From positions 450,001 to 482,000 of the forward strand of contig OY969931.1 in assembly GCA_963704705.1 (NCBI GenBank): 32,000 nucleotides of DNA, given 5' to 3'. The notes below the pieces were generated by a model that was given only the letters and a program-made list of their open reading frames with translations, did not search any database and had not been told where the DNA came from. Positions 26,011 to 32,000 of the stretch are shown here, in pieces. This DNA is from an uncultured bacterium (GTDB lineage: Bacteria > Patescibacteriota > Gracilibacteria > UBA1369 > PNNO01). The translations under genes were made by a program, and so were the position numbers. Numbering within the stretch: position 1 is the first letter of the stretch; each line of letters begins with the position of its first letter.

Positions 26011-27126
26011 TTATTTAAACCAATCTCCGGCTTCATCAAAACTAACCTTTTTGGTTTGTTTTTGATTATACTTTTCAAACCCGAGTTCAATGATTTTTTC
26101 AACCAGTTCAGAGTAAGGAATTCCGCTTGATTCCCACATTTTAGGATACATTGAAATTGAAGTAAAACCTGGCAAAGTATTAATTTCATTTAAATAAACT
26201 TCTTTTGTATGTTTATCAACAAAGCAATCAATACGAGATAATCCTGCTCCATCAACCAACTTAAATGCTTTAATACAAATTGTCTGAACTTCTTTTTCCA
26301 TTTGCGGTTTTATATCAGCGGGTACCTGAGTTTTTGAAACTCCGTTAACATATTTATCATTGTAATCATAGAATTCTCCTCCAACCAAAACTTCACCTAC
26401 ACGAGCCGCTTTTGGCTTATCATTTCCTAAAATCGCACATTCCAATTCACGAATTTCAAGTGCTTTTTCAACTAATATTCTGTGGTCGAATTCCAAAGCA
26501 AACTCGATTGCTTTTTTAAGTTCATCAAGTTTTTTTACTTTTGAAATTCCCACGCTCGAACCCATATTTGAAGGTTTTATAAAAACCGGAAGCTCAAGCT
26601 CTTTAAGGATTTTTTCAATAACTTCTTCCGACGAATCTTCCCATGCTGATTTATTAAATCCGATATATGGAATTACCGGTATTCCTGCTTGTTCAAATAA
26701 TGCTTTAGCTGTGAGTTTATCCATACAAACAGATGATGAAAGCACACCGCAGCCAGTATAAGGAACATTCGCCATCTCAAATAATCCCTGAATAGTGCCG
26801 TCTTCGCCGTATGGCCCATGAAGAGCAGGGAAGAAAATATCAACTTCAATTTGTTCATATGTTCCGTCTTCTTTTAAATTTAAAAGTTCTTTTGAGCCGC
26901 TTTTGCTGTTAAGTGTAACTTCCTGTAATCCGCTATAATCGTTATTTTGGAATTGTTTGATTGCATTTTCACCTGTAAGCCACTTGCCGTCTTTTGTTAT
27001 TCCTATGGGCAAAACTTCAAATTTATTACGGTCAAGAGCATCAATTATATTTTTTGCAGAAACAATAGAAACTTCATGTTCACCGCTTCGTCCGCCAAAA
27101 ACCACTGCAACGCGTGTTTTAGACAT
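26011..27126 (-). CDS. ddl: D-alanine--D-alanine ligase
   Basis: MSKTRVAVVFGGRSGEHEVSIVSAKNI. ATP-grasp motifs (PVFIKPSNMGSSVGISKV, ...EVYLNEINTLPGFT). Confidence 0.93.
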   Translation of the reverse strand: MSKTRVAVVFGGRSGEHEVSIVSAKNIIDALDRNKFEVLPIGITKDGKWLTGENAIKQFQNNDYSGLQEVTLNSKSGSKELLNLKEDGTYEQIEVDIFFPALHGPYGEDGTIQGLFEMANVPYTGCGVLSSSVCMDKLTAKALFEQAGIPVIPYIGFNKSAWEDSSEEVIEKILKELELPVFIKPSNMGSSVGISKVKKLDELKKAIEFALEFDHRILVEKALEIRELECAILGNDKPKAARVGEVLVGGEFYDYNDKYVNGVSKTQVPADIKPQMEKEVQTICIKAFKLVDGAGLSRIDCFVDKHTKEVYLNEINTLPGFTSISMYPKMWESSGIPYSELVEKIIELGFEKYNQKQTKKVSFDEAGDWFK

Positions 27127-27130
27127 ATTA

Positions 27131-27388
27131 TTTGGATTAATATCATCTGGAATATATCATAAAAATTTTCTCTTGACGATTTTTTGAGTATTTTTGGATT
27201 GGGGCTTTATTTGCATTGAGATTTGCGGAGTTGTAATTTGATGAAATCAGGTTTGGTTTTGTTTGGATTTTTGTGTGTGACAGCGATTTTGCGTGCCTTT
27301 GGATAGAATCTGATGGCGAGTCTGGTTCGGGAGTCGACAAAATGTTGTATAATCGCTTATTTAAGCCATTTTTGGATTGTTTGGGATT
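27131..27388 (+). repeat. dispersed same-orientation TTTGGAT(T/A) repeats in a G+T-skewed intergenic region
   Basis: TTTGGATT at 27131, 27193, 27262 and 27371. TTTGGATA at 27298. Variants TTTGGTT at 27252 and TTTGGGATT at 27380. All are on the plus strand. Confidence 0.6.
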
Positions 27389-27428
27389 GATGTTTTTGAT
27401 AAGATTATTGTACTTAACCAATAAATAT

Positions 27429-28262
27429 ATGAATGATAAAGAATTCTATTTCCTATTTCAAAAAAGAGGCAAAAATGCCAGGCTGGCAGTTAATGAATTT
27501 GTTGCGATGATCCCGGAAGCTTTTCATAGAAAAATTTATAAGAAAAAGGGATTCGGATCAATTTATGAACTTGCTGCGAAAGTAGGCGGGATAAGCAAAA
27601 ATGTTGTGGATGAAGTTTTAAGGATTGATGAAAAATTAAAAAACATGCCGAAACTCAAAAGCAAAATTGCAGTTGTTGGATTAAGCAAAGTAAAGACAGT
27701 TGCAAATACAGCAACAGCTGAAACTGATAATGAGTGGGCCGAGAAAGTTACAAAATTGACAAGAGCCGCATTAGAAACACAAGTTCGGGATATTCGAAAT
27801 TCCATCCCCGGGGAGGGATTACCTAATACAACACAAGAAGTGATTTTTGACAATGACTATGGGAATTTCACGGTTAAACTTGATCCAAAAATTATTTTAC
27901 GTCTTAGGCAGCTTAAGAACAAGATGCCCAAAGGAACCACATGGAATGAAGTTTTCGAAAATCTCCTTCCAAAAGGACCAAAACCACAAAAAAATCCAAA
28001 ACCTTCAAATCCAGAATCACGTGCAGCATCCACAAAACAAAAACGTGAGGCCTTGGCTGAAACCGGTGGGCTGTGCTCTGTTCCCGGCTGCAATAAGCCG
28101 GCCGAAGAAATCCACCATCCAAAACCATGGGCAATCTTCCACAAACACGATGAGCTCGAGCCGATTTGCAAAGCCCATCATGAGCTTGAACATCAGGGAG
28201 ACAATGTGATCGATAAAAAATTTCGGGCTTACAAAATGCAAACTGCGCTGTTTTGGGGCTAA
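27429..28262 (+). CDS. HNH endonuclease domain protein (DUF222/13E12-like architecture)
   Basis: C-terminal CSVPGCNKPAEEIHHPKPWAIFHKHDELEPICKAHHELEH (HNH). The helical N-terminal region is typical of this family (GFGSIYELAAKVGGISKNVV...). The frame is open upstream to a GTG at 27273 and an ATG at 27342, but that extension is hydrophobic and spans a TATAAT box. Confidence 0.75.
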   Translation: MNDKEFYFLFQKRGKNARLAVNEFVAMIPEAFHRKIYKKKGFGSIYELAAKVGGISKNVVDEVLRIDEKLKNMPKLKSKIAVVGLSKVKTVANTATAETDNEWAEKVTKLTRAALETQVRDIRNSIPGEGLPNTTQEVIFDNDYGNFTVKLDPKIILRLRQLKNKMPKGTTWNEVFENLLPKGPKPQKNPKPSNPESRAASTKQKREALAETGGLCSVPGCNKPAEEIHHPKPWAIFHKHDELEPICKAHHELEHQGDNVIDKKFRAYKMQTALFWG

Positions 28263-28288
28263 GATCTCTTTATTTATAAGCAATTTTT

Positions 28289-28297
28289 TGCTATAAT
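28289..28297 (+). promoter_or_regulatory. extended -10 promoter element TGCTATAAT
   Basis: It lies 29 nt upstream of ATG 28327. Confidence 0.45.
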
Positions 28298-28326
28298 AAT
28301 ATGATAAATATATAACAAAAAATAAA

Positions 28327-29823
28327 ATGCCTTTAAGACAAACACCAAATCAGAGTCCGGAACAAAAGGACTCTAAAGAAACACAGTTAGGAAGAACCAA
28401 GGAAAGAATTGGTATGCTTCTTAAAAATCCAAATTTAAGTCAGCAAAAAAAAGAAAGACTTGTAAGCCTTTTGCAAAGAATGGATGCAAGAAAAACTGAA
28501 ATTAAAAAGGAGACTTTATCACGAATAAACAGAAAAATTGAATCAATTACAGGAAGAGATAGAATTACAATGATGAAAGAGGTTATAAGTAGTAATTATG
28601 ATCAAATCAAAAACGGAAATCTTTCTTCATTCCCAAAATTATTTTCACTTTTAAGATCTGATAGAGTTCCGCTTAAGTTTAAAGATCTAGCTCTTTACCG
28701 TTTAAAGAATAAACTTTTCATGAAAGATGAAACAGGAAGTTACACTTTTGATTTAAAAGCAAATGCAAATAAAAACTGGGAAGTTTGGTACAAAGGCAGA
28801 AAACTTGCATCAAATCCTCAAAATACAAAAAGACTGGCTCTTGAAGGGCTTAATGAAGGAAGTATGGCTGAAAGAGAAAGGAATTTTCGATTCAATGAAC
28901 AGCCAGTTTCTGAAATTAAATCAGCAGTTGTAGCTAAAGCTGTAAAAGAGAGAATGCAACAAATTACACAAAAGCCAGAAAAAAAGATAATCGAAGATAT
29001 CCATAAATTCAGTGAAACAACAGCAACAAGTGCAGGACCTCTTCCTGAGTCTTTAATTAATTATGCAAAGGGACTTAATAAAGAAACAGCTATATTAAGA
29101 GGCAATTATAAGCGTGAAAACGGACAGCCAATTGAATACGCTGTTTATATCAGATCAAAAGTTGCGGGCGGGAAAAAGGTTTATGAATTTGATATTCAGA
29201 GTTTTGATAAGTACGCAGTAAAAAAAGTAAGAACAAGAGTTCAAAGATATTGGCCTTCAGCTAACGAAGCTCAGGTTGCATCTTATTTTAAAAAGGAAAC
29301 CGGAAGTCAGGTTGCAATGAAAGAAGATCTTAAAAGTAGAGTTTCACCTACTGCAACAGCAACAACTACACCACCTGAAAGAGTTGCAGCTAAATCTAAA
29401 AATGATGAGAACCTAAGATTACTAAAGCAAATCCCTAAGAGCAAAGAAGAAGTTAAAAACCAACCTTTAACTGCTGACAAATATCGCGAAGGTTTACAAA
29501 AAGAAGTTTCAAAAGTGCTTAATGGTCTTAAAAATCCACGAAATCTTTACAATAGACTTATTGAAGAGCGTGGTGATGAATTAAATTCAATGACAAGAGA
29601 ACAAAAAAGCAGGGTTTATCAGGAAATTTCAAATACTGTTACAAAATTTATTACAACAATGCGAAATTTTGCTAAAGAATTAGATAAAGGTCAGTTAAAA
29701 ACAATCGCTGATATGAATCAAAGATATAAAAATGCATTAAGTATTTTGCCATCAAACAGCAGACAAAGAGAAGTTTACGCAAACAGGTTAGATAGAGTGA
29801 AAGGTTCAGCATCTCAGGCTTAA
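28327..29823 (+). CDS. hypothetical Lys-rich protein (498 aa), no recognisable domain
   Basis: Long ATG ORF with its own extended -10 box. No competing ORF on either strand. Confidence 0.55.
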   Translation: MPLRQTPNQSPEQKDSKETQLGRTKERIGMLLKNPNLSQQKKERLVSLLQRMDARKTEIKKETLSRINRKIESITGRDRITMMKEVISSNYDQIKNGNLSSFPKLFSLLRSDRVPLKFKDLALYRLKNKLFMKDETGSYTFDLKANANKNWEVWYKGRKLASNPQNTKRLALEGLNEGSMAERERNFRFNEQPVSEIKSAVVAKAVKERMQQITQKPEKKIIEDIHKFSETTATSAGPLPESLINYAKGLNKETAILRGNYKRENGQPIEYAVYIRSKVAGGKKVYEFDIQSFDKYAVKKVRTRVQRYWPSANEAQVASYFKKETGSQVAMKEDLKSRVSPTATATTTPPERVAAKSKNDENLRLLKQIPKSKEEVKNQPLTADKYREGLQKEVSKVLNGLKNPRNLYNRLIEERGDELNSMTREQKSRVYQEISNTVTKFITTMRNFAKELDKGQLKTIADMNQRYKNALSILPSNSRQREVYANRLDRVKGSASQA

Positions 29824-29893
29824 TAAATCCTGACAATAAAGTTAATTTGTGCTAAATTGTGCTAGCTAATTTATTTAGTTAACACAATTTTAT

Positions 29894-30568
29894 ATGCAAC
29901 AACAATCAGATATATTCACAGGTAGCAAGGCTGAAATTAAACCTACATTTTTTGGAAAAGTAATGTTTGCATTTGCTCTGGCAATTTTAGTTTCTACTCT
30001 TGGAGTATGGGCTGGATTTACATATTTAATAGAATTTTTTGTGAGTTCACCATGGCTCATTTGGGTATTTTTTGCAGGGGAATTGATATTAATATTTACA
30101 TCAGTTGCATGGAGCAGAAAAAAGCCTTTGAACTATGTTTTATTTAGTTTATTCGCTTTTTTAACCGGGTTAACAGTAACACCTTTGCTTCTTGTAGCTT
30201 CTGCTACTGCTGGTTCAGGAGTTGTTGTTAAAGCTTTGCTGGCAACAGTTTTTATGTTTACCGCAGCGGGTTTAATCGGATGGACTACAAAAAAATCATT
30301 GGCTGGCATGGGCGGATTTTTAATTATCTCATTAATTGGAATGATTATTGTTGGAATAATTGGAATATTTATCCCATGGAGTTCGACTTTTGAAATGATA
30401 TATTCCGGAATTGGAGTTTTATTGTTTAGTGGATTTGCAATGTATGATTTTCAAAGAATTAAAAGTTTTCCTGAAGACAGATATATTGATGCTGCAATGC
30501 ATTTATATTTAGATATATTTAATTTATTTATATTTATTTTACGACTTATTCTTAGTCAAAAATCATGA
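29894..30568 (+). CDS. Bax inhibitor-1/YccA family membrane protein
   Basis: About seven hydrophobic segments. C-terminal signature ...MYDFQRI...DAAMHLYLDIFNLFIFILRL. Confidence 0.85.
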   Translation: MQQQSDIFTGSKAEIKPTFFGKVMFAFALAILVSTLGVWAGFTYLIEFFVSSPWLIWVFFAGELILIFTSVAWSRKKPLNYVLFSLFAFLTGLTVTPLLLVASATAGSGVVVKALLATVFMFTAAGLIGWTTKKSLAGMGGFLIISLIGMIIVGIIGIFIPWSSTFEMIYSGIGVLLFSGFAMYDFQRIKSFPEDRYIDAAMHLYLDIFNLFIFILRLILSQKS

Positions 30569-31140
30569 AGCAAAAAGATTTTACATTTCAGATCGGGGAT
30601 TTGGTTAGGGGCCCTCAGGGCACCAAATTTACATTTGAATTAGATGAAGAAAATTCATTGATTGAACCTGAAGAGGATTTTAAGCCAAAAGGTAATATTA
30701 CTGGTAAGATTTCTTTTATGAAATTGGATGACGGGATATTAGCTGAAATCCATGATTTGGGGCTTGATGTGGAGTTTAATTGCAATAAATGCAGGACAGA
30801 TTTTATTAAGAAAATTAAAGTTCAGAATGCTGACAGAGTTTATTTTTTTGAGAAGCAGCGTGGGATTCAGGATTTAATGGATATTTTTTATGTTGATTTA
30901 AAGAATATGGAGATTGATGCGAGTGATTTTATAAGACAAGAAATTATCTTGCATTTTCCTATGATTCCAGTATGCTCTAATAGCTGTAAAGGGCTTTGCC
31001 CTAAGTGCGGGACCAATTTAAACAAGAAAAGTTGCAACTGCAAAACAGACAGCGATCTAAAAGATCATGAAAAACCATTAGCAATACTTAAACAGTTATA
31101 CAATGCCAAAACATCCAGTTCCGAAGAAAAAGACAGCTAA
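30565..31140 (+). CDS. yceD: YceD (DUF177) family protein
   Basis: C-terminal Cys cluster CSNSCKGLCPKCGTNLNKKSCNC. It lies directly upstream of rpmF, the conserved arrangement. ATGA overlap with the BI-1 gene. Confidence 0.8.
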   Translation: MKQKDFTFQIGDLVRGPQGTKFTFELDEENSLIEPEEDFKPKGNITGKISFMKLDDGILAEIHDLGLDVEFNCNKCRTDFIKKIKVQNADRVYFFEKQRGIQDLMDIFYVDLKNMEIDASDFIRQEIILHFPMIPVCSNSCKGLCPKCGTNLNKKSCNCKTDSDLKDHEKPLAILKQLYNAKTSSSEEKDS

Positions 31141-31342
31141 GTCGACAAGTAAAACCAGATACAGCACTTTTGAAAGGCTTACTCGAAAAAAGCTTGAGAA
31201 TAGTGTAAATTTAACCAAATGTCCTGATTGCGGTGCTACAAAACTTATTCATCATGTTTGCGAAGAATGCGGCAAATATAAAGGACGTCAGGTTAAAAAT
31301 CTTCAAAAGAAGATTGAAAAAATCACGAAAGTAAAAGCGTAA
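31103..31342 (+). CDS. rpmF: 50S ribosomal protein L32
   Basis: MPKHPVPKKKTAKSTSKTR basic N-terminus. Zinc ribbon CPDCGATKLIHHVCEECGKYKGRQV. Confidence 0.9.
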   Translation: MPKHPVPKKKTAKSTSKTRYSTFERLTRKKLENSVNLTKCPDCGATKLIHHVCEECGKYKGRQVKNLQKKIEKITKVKA

Positions 31343-31351
31343 TTTGAAAAA

Positions 31352-31807
31352 ATGGCAAGTTATCGGCATCTCGCGAGAATTGCAGTGATGCAAACAATAT
31401 TCGAATATGAATTCCTCCAGAATTTAGAAGAAAAGAAAGAACTGGACGTTAAAAGCATGCTTGCCTATAATATTCGTCAATTATCCGGAAAAATCCAGGA
31501 TAAGTCTTTTTCAAACGAAACTTTGGATGGTGTGATTAAAAATTTAAAGAAAATCCATAAAATTATTACTGAAAACGCACCTGAATGGCCAGTTGATAAA
31601 ATCGCGCCTGTTGATCGTGCGATTCTTGAAATTGGTGTTTATGAAGTGGTTTTTTCAAAAGAGGTGCCACCGGTTGTTGCGATTAACGAAGCAATCGAAA
31701 TTGCTAAAGTTTATGGTGATACAAACTCCCCAAAATTTATAAATGGAGTTTTAAGCGCTGTAATGACAAAACATAACAAAAAAAATAATGGTAAAAAAAG
31801 TAAATAG
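31352..31807 (+). CDS. nusB: transcription antitermination factor NusB
   Basis: [56 protein letters not shown]. Confidence 0.9.
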   Translation: MASYRHLARIAVMQTIFEYEFLQNLEEKKELDVKSMLAYNIRQLSGKIQDKSFSNETLDGVIKNLKKIHKIITENAPEWPVDKIAPVDRAILEIGVYEVVFSKEVPPVVAINEAIEIAKVYGDTNSPKFINGVLSAVMTKHNKKNNGKKSK

Positions 31808-32000
31808 ATATGCTGAATTGGAAAAACAGCTCGCAATAACCTTTATTGATAAAGATTTGTTGGATCATGCTTTTATTCATAAATCTTTTATGAATGAATA
31901 TAAAGGTGATGATAAATCAGATAATGAACGTCTCGAATTTTTAGGTGATGCTGTTTTGGAATTGGCGGTTACTGAATATTTATTTAAAACCTATTCAAAA
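31788..32000 (+). CDS. rnc: ribonuclease III, N-terminal fragment (3' end outside window)
   Basis: ATG at 31788 ([15 protein letters not shown]...). RNase III signature [21 protein letters not shown]. The frame is open to the window edge and overlaps the nusB 3' end by 20 nt. Confidence 0.9.
   Translation, partial: MVKKVNRYAELEKQLAITFIDKDLLDHAFIHKSFMNEYKGDDKSDNERLEFLGDAVLELAVTEYLFKTYSK

Noticed and set aside
27201-27340. tmRNA-like or tRNA-like fragments: GGGGCT at 27201, GGTTCGGGAGTCGAC at 27324-27338, and a T-arm-like GGGATATTCGAAATTCC at 27786-27802 inside the HNH gene.
   Set aside because: There is no acceptor stem/T-arm/ACCA 3' end in the correct arrangement and no tag-peptide ORF. The elements are in the wrong order and spacing. 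The downstream piece lies in a well-supported coding frame.
27131-27388. The TTTGGAT repeats as DnaA boxes marking oriC. Genes also diverge here, with a minus-strand block to the left and a plus-strand block to the right.
   Set aside because: The repeats match only 6-7 of 9 positions of TGTGGATAA. No dnaA or dnaN gene is nearby. Gene orientation flips about a dozen times elsewhere in the window. I keep it only as a low-prior alternative, to be tested by a GC-skew plot.
27143-27421. 92-aa minus-strand ORF spanning the ddl/HNH intergenic region.
   Set aside because: It starts with TTG. Its translation is low-complexity (Asn/Ser/Lys/Pro), a consequence of the A+C-rich complement of the G+T-skewed region. 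It also overlaps the probable ddl promoter.
27273-28262. Group II intron hypothesis: GTGTG at 27273 followed by an HNH-encoding ORF.
   Set aside because: There is no reverse transcriptase or maturase domain and no recognisable domain V or 3' AY boundary. The HNH protein has the free-standing DUF222-like architecture.
27847-28283. Four overlapping 73-120-aa ORFs in alternative frames and strands over the 3' half of the HNH gene.
   Set aside because: They coincide exactly with the GC-rich patch, where stop codons are rare in all frames. Only the HNH frame yields a recognisable domain.

Overview
Low-GC, very gene-dense bacterial segment. I call 37 protein-coding genes and find no rRNA, tRNA, CRISPR array, transposase or integrase. 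The standard code applies: TGA is a stop at 15091 and 30566, and the long conserved genes are uninterrupted. Recognisable core genes are mnmA (3' end), sortase, ligA, dnaX, polX, two GT4 glycosyltransferases, comF, mtaB, ftsA, ddl, a BI-1 family gene, yceD, rpmF, nusB and rnc (5' end). Between them lie many unrecognisable Lys/Glu-rich proteins and a set of surface proteins (SLH, PKD, a lipoprotein, a Cys-rich secreted protein). Start codons have essentially no Shine-Dalgarno sequence. Many genes sit 20-40 nt downstream of an extended -10 box (TGnTATAAT). Convergent genes abut or overlap with no terminators. This style and gene content suggest a CPR/Patescibacteria-like streamlined genome, which is inference only. 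The best candidates for something new are listed here. (1) A 2.2-kb accessory islet lies between ligA and dnaX. It holds a tightly coupled three-gene operon (possible ParB/Srx-like, GNAT, unknown 112 aa) next to an HTH-Doc toxin-antitoxin-like pair with a four-palindrome GTTAAC operator array. (2) ftsA is translationally coupled to a 612-aa bitopic membrane protein at the position where ftsZ would be expected, and no ftsQ lies between ddl and ftsA. (3) A 300-bp strongly G+T-skewed intergenic region carries five same-orientation TTTGGAT(T/A) repeats upstream of an HNH gene whose 3' half is about 54% GC. (4) A 14-bp RNA hairpin lies between a PKD gene and a Cys-rich secreted-protein gene. All functional calls come from motifs read by eye. 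No database search was run.
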